Below, piece after piece: positions 27,513-37,629 of a DNA stretch of 64,000 nt (position 1 is its first letter; each line of letters starts with the position of its first letter). The stretch comes from a virus. The notes beneath the pieces were generated by a model, which made no database searches, was not told where the DNA came from, and was given only the letters and a program-made list of their open reading frames with translations. The position numbers were made by a program, and so were the translations under genes. The DNA lies in IMG/VR virus record IMGVR_UViG_3300025728_000001, positions 21,817 to 85,816 of that record; one strand, 5' to 3'.

Positions 27513-29807
27513 ATGGCCAGGGCGAAGAAAGAAAAACAGTTGGTGCTCGATGCCGATCCGCGCTGGCCTGCGTTTGTTGCCCGGTATGCCTTCGAACAGT
27601 ACAAGTTCGCCGTCGAAGTGTGCGGCATGGGCATTGTGGGCAAGCCCGTAACGCACCAGCAGAAAGAACTGTTCGATGAGGCCTCGCCCTATGGCTGCCG
27701 GGTGTCGGTGGCGTCTGGCCACGGCTGCTTTGCGCTGGGCACTAAACTCATGCTCGCCAGCGGTGAGCCGATTGCCGTAGAGGACGTGAAGTCTGGCCAG
27801 CGCCTCATGGGCGCCGACGGCTCGCACGCCACCACGGTCCTGGAGCTTAAGCGTGGGCGCCAGGCCATGTACCGGTTCACCTATACCGACGGCACCAGCC
27901 ACACATTCAACGAAGCACACATTCTTTGCCTGGTGGCCATCGCGCCCGATGGTGACGTGGGCGTGGGCGCCGAGATTGAAACGTCCGTAGAGCAGTGGTT
28001 GACCTGGGGGGCGGACAAGCAGGCCCGGTATGCGACCTATCGAAGCGATGCCAAGTCGTTCCGGCGCCCACTGCGCAACCTGTCGGTGTCTCCATACGTC
28101 ATGGGCCAGCGGCTGGCGCTTTCTGGTGAGCTGATCCCCGCCGATTACCTGTACAGCGGCCAGGCGCAACGCCAAGAGCTGCTGGATGGCATGGTGGGGC
28201 GTGCTGGCGCCCAATTCATTAGTGGGAGCGAGGCTGTCACCCGTCAAGTGAGCTGGCTGGCGCGTTCGGTTGGGTACCACTCCAGTGTGGTGCGCCTTGA
28301 GTCCGGCAACTGGCTGGCCAAGATCGATCGGTTGCCTGGCGCGCTGCACTTCGCGATTGCTTCCTGTGAGGCGCTGGGGGAGGGCGACTACTACGGCTTC
28401 ACCCTGGACGGCGACAACCGGCTGCTTGGGCATGACTTCACCGTTCTGCACAACACCGGCAAGACTAGGAGTTTTGGCGTTATAGCGCTTTGGCACCTGC
28501 TCTGCTATCGCAACTCAAACACCTACATCACCGCGCCAAAGCTCAAGACGGTACGGGAGGGTGTCTGGAAGGAAATCACCACACTCAAGGCGCAGATCGA
28601 GAAAGGCCCGCACGCCTGGATTGCGCAATACATCACCATCCAGGCCGAAAAGGTCTACATCAACACCAAGTCGGCTATCTGGTACGTCACGACCCGTACA
28701 GCGCCCCGCGGCTCGCCTGAGAACCTGGCCGGTACCCACGGTGATTACCTCTTATGGATGGCGGATGAGGCGTCAGGCATCCCGGACGAAAACTTTGGTG
28801 TGATCGGTGGCGCCCTCACCGATCCGCGTAACCGTTTCATCATGGCCAGCCAGCCTACCCGTAGCAGCGGGTTCTTTCGTGACTCGCACCACAGTAAGAG
28901 CAAGCGCCAGGGCGGGGCGTGGACAAGCCTCACATTCAGCTCCGAAGAGTCGACGCTGGTTGGTATCGAGTTCATCAAGGAAAAGCTCATCCAGTACGGT
29001 GGGCGCGATGAAATGGAATACCAGATCAAGGTCCGGGGCATGTTCCCGACCAACTCAAGCAAGTACCTGCTCAGCCAGGCAGCCCTTGAGCGCGTCATTG
29101 AAGGCCCGAACGTCATTCTGCCGGGCGAAGCCTATGGTCACCTGATCATCGTCGACGTGGCGGCGGGCGTAGGGCGAGACAAGACCGTGGCCACCCATAT
29201 GAAGGTGATCGGCAACGGCGACCGCATGAGCGCAGACCGGCGCCGGATTGAGGTAGTGGCGGTACCGGTCTACACCAACACCGAAGACTGGACACCGGTG
29301 GCGGTGAAGGTGCTGGACTACGCGGCGCAGTTCTCCAACGTAACGATCATCGTCGACACCAACGGCATGGGTAACCAGTTCCTCAAGCGGCTGATAGAGC
29401 TGTCGGGCGGCGGTATCCATGCCAAGGGCTGTCGCTGGGGTGAATTGCCGTTCAGCAACGAATACCGCAAGCGATTCCTCAATCAGCGGGCGCAAAGCAC
29501 CGTGCACCTGGTTGAGGCGATCAAGGACGGCGTGGTACGTCTGTCGAGCCAGTACAAAAAGGATCTGATCGACCAGGGCAGCCGTATTCCTTACTTCCTG
29601 GACGAGCTGGGGCGATATCACATCGCCCGCAAGCAGGACATGGCCGCCGAGGGTCTGCCATCCCCCGACCTTTTGGACACGCTCGCCATGGCGTTTCTGG
29701 AATCTGCGGACTACGTGCCAGCGCAAGGCGAGGCCGTCAGCCTCAGCACAGACAGGCGCCAGGCCGCACTTGATGCGGCTCGCGAGGCGCTGGCGGGCAT
29801 CACGTAA
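27513..29807 (+). CDS. Terminase large subunit (P1 PacB-like) with intein
   Basis: Spliced Walker A SGHG/TGKT, Walker B LLWMADEASG, RNase H nuclease IIVDVAAG...SPDLLD. Confidence 0.93.
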   Translation: MARAKKEKQLVLDADPRWPAFVARYAFEQYKFAVEVCGMGIVGKPVTHQQKELFDEASPYGCRVSVASGHGCFALGTKLMLASGEPIAVEDVKSGQRLMGADGSHATTVLELKRGRQAMYRFTYTDGTSHTFNEAHILCLVAIAPDGDVGVGAEIETSVEQWLTWGADKQARYATYRSDAKSFRRPLRNLSVSPYVMGQRLALSGELIPADYLYSGQAQRQELLDGMVGRAGAQFISGSEAVTRQVSWLARSVGYHSSVVRLESGNWLAKIDRLPGALHFAIASCEALGEGDYYGFTLDGDNRLLGHDFTVLHNTGKTRSFGVIALWHLLCYRNSNTYITAPKLKTVREGVWKEITTLKAQIEKGPHAWIAQYITIQAEKVYINTKSAIWYVTTRTAPRGSPENLAGTHGDYLLWMADEASGIPDENFGVIGGALTDPRNRFIMASQPTRSSGFFRDSHHSKSKRQGGAWTSLTFSSEESTLVGIEFIKEKLIQYGGRDEMEYQIKVRGMFPTNSSKYLLSQAALERVIEGPNVILPGEAYGHLIIVDVAAGVGRDKTVATHMKVIGNGDRMSADRRRIEVVAVPVYTNTEDWTPVAVKVLDYAAQFSNVTIIVDTNGMGNQFLKRLIELSGGGIHAKGCRWGELPFSNEYRKRFLNQRAQSTVHLVEAIKDGVVRLSSQYKKDLIDQGSRIPYFLDELGRYHIARKQDMAAEGLPSPDLLDTLAMAFLESADYVPAQGEAVSLSTDRRQAALDAAREALAGIT
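27726..28454 (+). mobile_element. Intein (243 aa) in TerL Walker A
   Basis: Begins CFALGT, ends FTVLHN followed by Thr; block B HIL; remnant LLDGM...ARSVG endonuclease segment. Confidence 0.92.
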
Positions 29808-29878
29808 CAAACAATGTTTTGATAATGCGTAATCCGCTGATATGCTGGCGCCCGCCCCACATATTCGGAACAAAACTT

Positions 29879-30565
29879 ATGAGTGATTTTGTGTGCCGTA
29901 AGAGCATGACGCCCTGCAAGACACCGGGTATGTGCTCGCCGCACGGCGGATGCCCCAGCACTGAGCAAGTCAGCAGCGCATGGCTGGCGCAGCTGCGCAG
30001 TGAGTACCTGGTGTTTGGTCAGCAAGCCACGGCTTTGAAGGCCGAGAACGTCCGTCTGCGCGAACAGGTTGCCGCACTGCAATCCAGTCCGCTGGATGCG
30101 CGGCTTGCTGGCTTCTGGCGCTCCCCGAAGGAAATGCCGCCAGAGGACGCCCAAGTGGTGGTGCTGCGCGATGCCGGCAACGTGGGGAATGGTCAGCACC
30201 CTGGCCACCGCTGTGGGCGCTGGCTTGAGCTGACCACGGCCAGTCGCCTTATGTTCGCCTGCGATGCGCTTTCAACCGGAAACGTTATCGGCTGGGTTGG
30301 CGCTGATGAGTTCCTAGGGCTTGAGGGTTTGAGCGCCAACGCCTGCCGCTATCTGTGGTTGCGCGACAAGGACGAAACGACGGCGGCCCATTTCCTTGGT
30401 TATTCGGACGGCAGTGTTGGCGATTCGATCCTTGATAAGGCAATGAGCAGGGAGAGCGGCGAAGAGTTTCGATGCAAGACCTGCTATTGCGAATGGATAG
30501 GCACCAAAGCCCATCCAGATACCGCTTGTGAAGCCCCAGACGTTAGAGCGGGGCGTCGGCCATGA
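29879..30565 (+). CDS. Hypothetical mosaic protein
   Basis: Cys-rich N-terminus, coiled coil, RYLWLRD motif. Confidence 0.55.
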   Translation: MSDFVCRKSMTPCKTPGMCSPHGGCPSTEQVSSAWLAQLRSEYLVFGQQATALKAENVRLREQVAALQSSPLDARLAGFWRSPKEMPPEDAQVVVLRDAGNVGNGQHPGHRCGRWLELTTASRLMFACDALSTGNVIGWVGADEFLGLEGLSANACRYLWLRDKDETTAAHFLGYSDGSVGDSILDKAMSRESGEEFRCKTCYCEWIGTKAHPDTACEAPDVRAGRRP

Positions 30566-30747
30566 GTGACGGAGCACTGGCCGCGCTGGTGATCTGCTAC
30601 CTGGCTGGCAGCTCCATCACCCTCATGAGCATGGACGCGCCCAGCAAAGTGCGTTTCCTGTACCGCCGTCTCGCGCTGTGGCCGCTGTACTGGGCCTACC
30701 TGCTCGTAAAGATGGCTTTCATGCTGGCGCACGAGCTGCGCCGGTAA
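30562..30747 (+). CDS. Small membrane protein
   Basis: Two hydrophobic segments. Confidence 0.5.
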   Translation: MSDGALAALVICYLAGSSITLMSMDAPSKVRFLYRRLALWPLYWAYLLVKMAFMLAHELRR

Positions 30748-30789
30748 ACACCCTTTCAACCCCAACCCATAAACCCGAGGAACATCACC

Positions 30790-31809
30790 GTGCCTGTACT
30801 CCATAGCGCTATTCACAAGATCGACAAGAAGCCAGACGGCACCCCGGCCGTGCTGCACCTTGGCCGTTCCGAGCAGGTCGAGAGCATGGCCCGCGATGAG
30901 CTGATGAGTCAGTTCAACGACAGCTACAACGCCACTACCGGCAAGGCTTGGGGTTTCTTTCACCCGGAGTCCGGGGCGCACCCACTGCGCGGATGGCTCA
31001 CGACGTACCTGGCTGGCGCGTCTGACTTCCTGACGTTCAGCACCATCGCCGTCGAACACCTGACCAGGCTCATGGAAGAATCGAATCTGACCACGGGCGG
31101 CCACGCGCTCTTCTGCCACTACCGTCAAGGTATGACCGACTACCTGGTCATCGCCCTGGTGCAGGAAACCGAAGCGCTGACAATGACCGAAGAGCTGGAC
31201 CTGATCAGAGGCAAGCGCCTGGACCTGGACCACCTGCGCCTGGCCGCGCGTATCAACCTGTCGGAGTGGGCGAGTAATTCCGCGTCCAAGCAATACGTCT
31301 CTTATCTCAAGGGTAAGAACGGCAAGCGGGCCAGCGAGTATTTCCGCGACTTCGTTGGTGTGCAGGAAGGCGTCGACGGCGCCGGCGAAACCCGGACCTT
31401 GCTCAAGGCGTTCAGTGACTTCGTTGAAAGCGAGGATCTGCCAGAAGAGTCCACCCGTGAGCGCACCAAGGCACTGATCGATTACGCCAGCAGCCAGACC
31501 AAGCGGGGCGAGTCGATGAATCTTGAAGAGCTGTCGGAGCTGATCGACGAAGAGCGCCCGAAAGCCTTCTATGATCACATCCGGGCCAAGGACTACGGCC
31601 TGTCTCCTGAAATCCCGGCCGATAAACGCGTTCTGAATCAGTTCCGCCGCTTCACCGGGCGCACAGATGGCATGTCGATCAGCTTTGATTCGCATCTGCT
31701 GGGCTCTAAGGTCGCGTTTGACCAAGAGGGCGGCACGCTGACACTGAGCGGCCTGCCAACCCAGCTCACCGAACAGCTGAAACGCGCCGCAAAGGACGCC
31801 AACGCATGA
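30790..31809 (+). CDS. yejK: Nucleoid-associated protein YejK/NdpA
   Basis: [13 protein letters not shown]...[10 protein letters not shown]...YFRDFVG; very like Pseudomonas YejK. Confidence 0.9.
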   Translation: MPVLHSAIHKIDKKPDGTPAVLHLGRSEQVESMARDELMSQFNDSYNATTGKAWGFFHPESGAHPLRGWLTTYLAGASDFLTFSTIAVEHLTRLMEESNLTTGGHALFCHYRQGMTDYLVIALVQETEALTMTEELDLIRGKRLDLDHLRLAARINLSEWASNSASKQYVSYLKGKNGKRASEYFRDFVGVQEGVDGAGETRTLLKAFSDFVESEDLPEESTRERTKALIDYASSQTKRGESMNLEELSELIDEERPKAFYDHIRAKDYGLSPEIPADKRVLNQFRRFTGRTDGMSISFDSHLLGSKVAFDQEGGTLTLSGLPTQLTEQLKRAAKDANA

Positions 31810-32480
31810 AAAAGAGCAAATCAATTCAGGCTGTGATCCGCCGAGCCCGCGCACAGGGCCGGGCCGAGGCCGTCACGATGCTGAGCAGCCTTTGCCCTGA
31901 GGATGGCCTTGATAAGTGCATAGGCAGCTCAGCGAACGGTGACGCTGGCGACTACAGCAGCTATTGGGACGTGGACGCGCTGCGCAAGCTGCTGTGTGCT
32001 GATACCGAGGTGTGCGACAAGATCGATCGGTTGCACGGTGCGCATGAGTGGGTGTCGTACCTGGAGTTCGACCTTAAGAAGGCGCGCGAAGAGCTGGCGC
32101 TGGCCAAACCGAACGCCGCCCGGTACCAGCACCTAAAAGCTACGTGGGAGGATGGCGGCCTTATTGCGCAGCTGGATACGAACGTGAAGCCTGAGCACTG
32201 GGACGCGACCATAGATGCCGATATCGCCAAGACAGGCGTGGTGCGCGCCGACATTGAACGGATGACGATGGGGCTCGACCTCAGCGAAGAGCAGATTCTG
32301 GAGGCGATGGCGAGCGCACGACGAATGATCAACCTGGAGCGCTTGCCGCTGAGCATGCCAGCCAGCGCCGAATTCAATGCAGTAGTGCGAAAGAGCACAG
32401 AGGCCATGTTCGGCCCAATCATGGCTCCGCAGATGTACCCAGGCGCTTATAGCAAGTCGAGTGGTGGCGCCCATGAGTGA
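31806..32480 (+). CDS. Hypothetical protein
   Basis: ATGA-coupled. Confidence 0.55.
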   Translation: MKKSKSIQAVIRRARAQGRAEAVTMLSSLCPEDGLDKCIGSSANGDAGDYSSYWDVDALRKLLCADTEVCDKIDRLHGAHEWVSYLEFDLKKAREELALAKPNAARYQHLKATWEDGGLIAQLDTNVKPEHWDATIDADIAKTGVVRADIERMTMGLDLSEEQILEAMASARRMINLERLPLSMPASAEFNAVVRKSTEAMFGPIMAPQMYPGAYSKSSGGAHE

Positions 32481-32670
32481 CGTGGAGCTTGTTCAGGTGG
32501 TTGTCAGTGTCGACGGCGCACTATGCCAAGTAGTGATCCCATCGGAGTACAAGCCGGCCTTGCTGCGCCTGATGCAGGGCTTCTGTGAGGGCGGCGCCTT
32601 GAAGGTGGTCCGCCTGCCCGATACGGTGGGGCTGATCCCACTGCATGACGTGATTAAGTCAGAATCATGA
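32473..32670 (+). CDS. Small hypothetical protein
   Basis: Coupled ORF. Confidence 0.45.
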   Translation: MSDVELVQVVVSVDGALCQVVIPSEYKPALLRLMQGFCEGGALKVVRLPDTVGLIPLHDVIKSES

Positions 32671-32791
32671 AATGCGATAGAGTGGCGTTTTAGCACCACA
32701 AAAGCCGTTTTTTAACCGAAAGAATGTATAGGGATACTTTTTGGATCCCTTTTTTGCCCCAAACCAGTAAAACGATAAGGATGGAAACCGG

Positions 32792-33184
32792 ATGATCTTG
32801 AAGGCGTACAGGGATGGGCAATTTCATTACATCAAGGCCCGCGATTTCGCCGGGTTCAAGGCAGACAGCAAGTATGTGATAGGCGTCACCCCGGATGGGC
32901 GCGAGTGGTTGTTGTCGGATGGCGTGACCCTTAAGTCTATCGAGTCGGTGTTGCCCGACCTGATCCGGTTGAATCGTGGGGTGCTGGTCAAGCGCTCCCA
33001 CGTCACCGGGCTGATTCGCACGCGCAAGGGCAGCAACATCGCTATCACCGTGGTGACGACGGCCGGCGAGTACAGGCTGGCGCGCCGCAACTGCGTGAGC
33101 ACCATTGTCGAGCTGATCGAGCACAACCTTAGGCGCGAACGCTCCCCCACTTACCCCATGGATAAATCGCCAGATGAGCTTTGA
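32792..33184 (+). CDS. Stand-alone LytTR DNA-binding domain protein
   Basis: ADSKYV...TLKSIE...LIRLNRGVLV...LARR. Confidence 0.75.
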   Translation: MILKAYRDGQFHYIKARDFAGFKADSKYVIGVTPDGREWLLSDGVTLKSIESVLPDLIRLNRGVLVKRSHVTGLIRTRKGSNIAITVVTTAGEYRLARRNCVSTIVELIEHNLRRERSPTYPMDKSPDEL

Positions 33185-33656
33185 AGACACAACCCCGGAC
33201 TTGTCCGGTCTTATATCGCCCGCACCCACCGAAACGCTTGAGCAGGCCCGTGAGCGCATCATTGCCCAGGTGATGGACCGTCAGAAGGCATTGAGCGAGC
33301 AATTCAGTAAGGTCGATCACCCCTTTGTCAGTGAGGCCGCGCAGGATGACTACGAGCTGGCCGCCGAAGAGTTCCGGGCGCTGATCAAGTGCGTGGTCCA
33401 TTTGCCTAATTCGGTCGAGGGGGTGCGCTTCCTGGAAGGCTGGCACGCTAACCGTATGAAGCAAGTCGAGCTGCTGATGGATCACGCCAGACCGGGCCAG
33501 CACATAGCGTTCGGCGCCGGTACCGAGCCCGTGGCCATCAGTGAAGAGTTTGCCAAGGGGATGCGGGCGGGCCTGTTGGTGGTTCGCGATATGTTCGGAA
33601 ATTTCCCCCTGGCGCTGACGGTGAGTGAAGAGCCCGAAGACGACCCAGCGGAATAG
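33174..33656 (+). CDS. Hypothetical protein
   Basis: Coupled ORF. Confidence 0.55.
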   Translation: MSFEDTTPDLSGLISPAPTETLEQARERIIAQVMDRQKALSEQFSKVDHPFVSEAAQDDYELAAEEFRALIKCVVHLPNSVEGVRFLEGWHANRMKQVELLMDHARPGQHIAFGAGTEPVAISEEFAKGMRAGLLVVRDMFGNFPLALTVSEEPEDDPAE

Positions 33657-33755
33657 CCCACAACGCTCCCGAAGCCCGCCCACAAAGCGGGCTTTGCTTT
33701 TCTGGTATGCTGAATAAATCTTATAAGCACCAGACTCTAAATTCAGGGTGGCACG

Positions 33756-33980
33756 ATGGAAGTAGCACGATTGGTTGAACTACTCGGCAACAAGAAGGCG
33801 GTAGCGGAGGCGCTGGGGCTGGCCTACCAAACCGTTTATTGCTGGGAAAAGGACGTACCGCCGAGACAGCTGCCTACCGTCCTGGTGGCGCTGGAGACAA
33901 AAAGCATTGAAGCGATGGAGCATTCCAAGTTGCTGGCGCGTGAAGCCAAGGCGCTGCGCCACCAGCTGACCACCGAGTAA
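33756..33980 (+). CDS. Cro-like HTH protein
   Basis: GNKKAVAEALGLAYQTVYCW...VPPR. Confidence 0.75.
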   Translation: MEVARLVELLGNKKAVAEALGLAYQTVYCWEKDVPPRQLPTVLVALETKSIEAMEHSKLLAREAKALRHQLTTE

Positions 33981-34063
33981 GGCGCTGGCGTGCAAAGCGC
34001 CGGCCAATCCCCTTTCCCCTGCATGTGACACTACCGCCCTGGCTATCAATGGGGTGCGTGGAC

Positions 34064-34360
34064 ATGATCGAAGAGTCGCGGTTTTATCGGGAGGTGCGCA
34101 AGTTTGCCACCACTGAGCCGACCTATTCCGCCAACTGCCAAGTGATCCGCACCGTTCCCAGTGACCGACACAACCTGTCGGCGGTGGCGCGGCGGGCGTT
34201 TGGTGATGCGACAGAAACGCGCACGATCCTTGCCGCGGCGGGCCTGCCCAATGTCGACTCCCCGCTGGTCGAGCAAGACCTGGTGCTGCCGACGATTGCC
34301 TACCTGCGCTATCTGAAAGAGAAGTGCGGGATCACCACAGCGGTTAGGACTGTTCGCTAA
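34064..34360 (+). CDS. LysM/tail-X-like baseplate protein (P1 gp26-like)
   Basis: LSAVARRAFGD...ILAAAG...LVLP; synteny with P1 26-25-7. Confidence 0.6.
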   Translation: MIEESRFYREVRKFATTEPTYSANCQVIRTVPSDRHNLSAVARRAFGDATETRTILAAAGLPNVDSPLVEQDLVLPTIAYLRYLKEKCGITTAVRTVR

Positions 34361-35433
34361 TGGCGGCCAAGGACCAGGGCCGGCCGGATGTGGTGCAGGA
34401 CGCGCGCAAGGCCGGCAAGGAAGCCCGTGAGGCGTTTGAGTTCGATCTAAAGCGCCGTCTCGGGGACCAGGCCAAGATCCTGTCCGCCGACGACATGGGC
34501 GGGCTGTACGAACCAAAGCGCGGGCTGTTCACGTCGATTGACGGCAAGCCCCGCATGCTCACCTTTGACGACATCCTGGCGTTCAAGGCCGCGGTCAAAG
34601 ACATTCAGCGGATGCACGGCCAGCACAGCAAGCAGGCGTCCGGCGGGATCCTGGTCAAGAAGGTGATCGACCTGTCCACGCCCCAGGACCGGGAGCGCGC
34701 CAACAAGCAGATCCATTTCGCGGTACCGATGAGCAATCGCGCGGGCGTGGTGCAGTTCCAGACCAACTCCGGCCCCAACTCCGACGTATCGCGCCACACG
34801 GTGATGGTGCAGTTCCTTAGCTATGACGCGGCCCTATCGAGTGGTCAGCCGGCGCCCGAGGCGGCCAAGTCGCTGGCGCGCGGCAAGATCAAATACGACT
34901 GTAGCTGCAACCGGCACACGTTCTGGTTTCGCTACATCGCCAGCATTGGCAACTTCAACTACGGCCGCGCTGAGGATGGTTTTCCGCGCATCCGCAACCC
35001 CAAGCTGTACGGTGTTGCCTGCAAGCACGTCATCCGGGTTATGGCCACGCTGGGGCATTCAGGGACGTTCAACAACTACGCCCGGAAGATGATCGAGCAC
35101 GGACGTAAAACGCTGAGCGGCAAACAGCAAATCATGACGGTGAAAGAGCAGCAGGCGTTTATTGACAACGCCACCAACGCTCGCCGCCGGGCGCGCACCG
35201 TCAAGACCTCCGAAGAGAAGCGCCTGGAGCGTGCCGCACAGCCCGCGCAGCAACGCAAAGCCGTAGAGGCGGCCAGGGTCAAGGCGGCGAATGACGAGCT
35301 GCGCAGAACGCACGCCACCAAGGTCAACAAGCCGGTGCCACTGGACAAGAAAATCAAGGCCATGATGAAGCTGGGCTACTCCGAACAGGCCGCACGTATC
35401 GCCATCACCGCCGCCGACAACGCACAGGGTTAA
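34360..35433 (+). CDS. SWIM-type Zn-finger tail morphogenesis protein (P1 gp25-like)
   Basis: YDCSC...ACKH; size and synteny. Confidence 0.6.
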   Translation: MAAKDQGRPDVVQDARKAGKEAREAFEFDLKRRLGDQAKILSADDMGGLYEPKRGLFTSIDGKPRMLTFDDILAFKAAVKDIQRMHGQHSKQASGGILVKKVIDLSTPQDRERANKQIHFAVPMSNRAGVVQFQTNSGPNSDVSRHTVMVQFLSYDAALSSGQPAPEAAKSLARGKIKYDCSCNRHTFWFRYIASIGNFNYGRAEDGFPRIRNPKLYGVACKHVIRVMATLGHSGTFNNYARKMIEHGRKTLSGKQQIMTVKEQQAFIDNATNARRRARTVKTSEEKRLERAAQPAQQRKAVEAARVKAANDELRRTHATKVNKPVPLDKKIKAMMKLGYSEQAARIAITAADNAQG

Positions 35434-35436
35434 GAC

Positions 35437-35946
35437 ATGCTCAACAACGTCGCTATTGCAATCAACAAGGCCAACCGCCAGCGCACCCTGCGCGAGCCCA
35501 ACGCTATCGAGTGTGTGCTGTTCACCAAGCGAGTCGACCGGGAGTCAGACAGCACCAGCTATGACGGCTATCCCACGCTGGGCGGCGCTGGCGTCATGAG
35601 CGATGAGGATGAGGTGAACTATTCGTGGGTGTACGCCTGCGATGCCAAGATTCACTTTGCCCAAGGCTTTGCCGCGCCGCTGGGCAACACGGCCGACGAT
35701 GATGGGCGCCTCAACTACCCCGAGGGCGTGACAGAGGCGTCTATCGAGCCAATCCTTGATCCGGGTGCCGAAGGCTACGTGCAGCCGGCCAAGCGCATGC
35801 TGGTGGCCTTACTGATGGGGGACGGCCTGATCATCAACTACGAGATTGTTGACGTGACCGGTAACGTGAACATCCCGCCGTATACCCGCAAGTACCTGGT
35901 TAATCCGCGCCCGGATGAAGAGGCGACCGGGGATCTGGAACCATAG
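35437..35946 (+). CDS. Head/tail completion protein (P1 gp7-like)
   Basis: 169 aa; synteny. Confidence 0.5.
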   Translation: MLNNVAIAINKANRQRTLREPNAIECVLFTKRVDRESDSTSYDGYPTLGGAGVMSDEDEVNYSWVYACDAKIHFAQGFAAPLGNTADDDGRLNYPEGVTEASIEPILDPGAEGYVQPAKRMLVALLMGDGLIINYEIVDVTGNVNIPPYTRKYLVNPRPDEEATGDLEP

Positions 35947-36039
35947 CGCGCCCGTCCTCCATATGGTGCAAAGCCCCGCCCGGAAGGGCTCAAAACCGCC
36001 TGTACGCTGACCGGTAAATGGGACTAATGCGTACAGACA

Positions 36040-37629
36040 ATGGCCGACGAAAAGAAACCGAAAAAGAGCTGGCTGGGGTCGCTTAGCGACACCACCAAGC
36101 TTTTGCTGGGCGAGGTGAGCACGGCGCCCGAAAACCGAATGGAAGGCATCAGCACCTTCGACGCTGATTACGTCGGCATTGAAATGCTGTTGGGGTCGAG
36201 TGATCGCCCCGCCCGGTCCCGTTCTGCGATCTATCAGAAGTGGCATTACATGATTCAGGACGGGCTGATCAGCACCATCCTGCGCTTACACGTCCAGATG
36301 GCGCTGGGCGGCCACGAGACGACCGGGGAAACGATCTTTATCGAACCCAAGCCCGGTATCTCGGCGGCGGACAAGAAGGCCGTCGACGAACTGCAATTTA
36401 TCGCCAAGATCCTCAACAAGCACGCGCACGGCATGTGCTTCACCGCCTGTGCCTTCGGGGATGCCTACGCCCGGCTCTACACCCAAAAGGGCGAGGGGAT
36501 GTTTGCCTTCGACAGCGAGCAGCCGTTTGCGCCCCTGGTGCAGGCCTATGAAGAGATTGGCCAGACCGTGGGCTACATCGTCAGTCTCGGGTCGAAGCTG
36601 CAAAGCCGCTTCAATCACCTGGACATGGTGCGTATGCGCATGCCGCGCATGGTGTACCTGCCACAGATGCGCGCCATCGAGAACGCCCAAAAGATCAACC
36701 TGGAAGCCACTCAGCCGCGCGATATGCGGCCATTGCCGGCGCTGGTGGGCGGTTCGTTCCTGGAAGCGGCCGAGGTGGACTACGACAACCTTATGTCCGC
36801 CCTGCGCGGGATGATCGGCCAGCGTATCGCCGGATCGATTGACGAAACCATGATCGGCGCCAACCTCTCCGACATGACGGCGGCGCAACAAAAGCTGTTC
36901 ATGGACTCGCTGGAAAAGATGCTTATCAGCATGAAAACCCGCGCAGAGGATGCCGTGCGCACGGGCCAATACGCCACCTCGCGCAACTTCCACGTCATGC
37001 CGACCTTCAATGAAAAGCAGCTGACGCAAATCAGCTCGTTTCAGGGCGGCTCCAACTCCGGCGCCGGCGCCAACATCGAAGACGTGATGTTCTGCGCCCG
37101 CAAGCTGGCGGGCACGCTGGGCATTGACCTGTCGATGGTGGGCTTCGCTGACCAAATGACCGGGGGCCTGGGTGAGGGTGGCTTTAACCGCACCAGCAGC
37201 CAGGCCGCTGAGCGCTCCCGAATCATCCGCACCGCCTTTATGCAGACGGTGAACGACACCATCGACCGCCACATGCTGGCCAAGACCGGCAAGTGTTGGG
37301 CGGACGATGAACGCCCCTATGACGTGAATTTCTTCGGCTCCATTGCGGCGCTTGAGGCTGAGAAACAGGCCAGCCGAGAACGATCGATCAATGCCGGCGC
37401 CATGCTGCTCCAGGCTATGGATGGCATGCGAACCATGGGCCTGCCGCAAGACGTTTGCGAGCAGTTCCTGGCCTCAATGATGGAAATCGACGCCGACAAG
37501 GCCAAGGTGTTCGCCAAAGGGATCAAGGATGCAAAACCGCCAGCGCCTGATATGGGCGGTGGCTTCGGCGGTGGTGATGACAACCCGCAACCGCTACTGC
37601 CGAACGGCACTACAGAGAGAGAGGAATGA
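36040..37629 (+). CDS. Portal protein (P1 Prt-like)
   Basis: 529 aa, directly upstream of the protease; FGDAYARLY, GGLGEGGF. Confidence 0.75.
   Translation: MADEKKPKKSWLGSLSDTTKLLLGEVSTAPENRMEGISTFDADYVGIEMLLGSSDRPARSRSAIYQKWHYMIQDGLISTILRLHVQMALGGHETTGETIFIEPKPGISAADKKAVDELQFIAKILNKHAHGMCFTACAFGDAYARLYTQKGEGMFAFDSEQPFAPLVQAYEEIGQTVGYIVSLGSKLQSRFNHLDMVRMRMPRMVYLPQMRAIENAQKINLEATQPRDMRPLPALVGGSFLEAAEVDYDNLMSALRGMIGQRIAGSIDETMIGANLSDMTAAQQKLFMDSLEKMLISMKTRAEDAVRTGQYATSRNFHVMPTFNEKQLTQISSFQGGSNSGAGANIEDVMFCARKLAGTLGIDLSMVGFADQMTGGLGEGGFNRTSSQAAERSRIIRTAFMQTVNDTIDRHMLAKTGKCWADDERPYDVNFFGSIAALEAEKQASRERSINAGAMLLQAMDGMRTMGLPQDVCEQFLASMMEIDADKAKVFAKGIKDAKPPAPDMGGGFGGGDDNPQPLLPNGTTEREE

Noticed and set aside
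30484-31854. Long minus-strand ORFs (also 36286..37449, 56621..58471, 27501..28496)
   Set aside because: Antisense shadows of well-supported + strand genes in GC-rich DNA.
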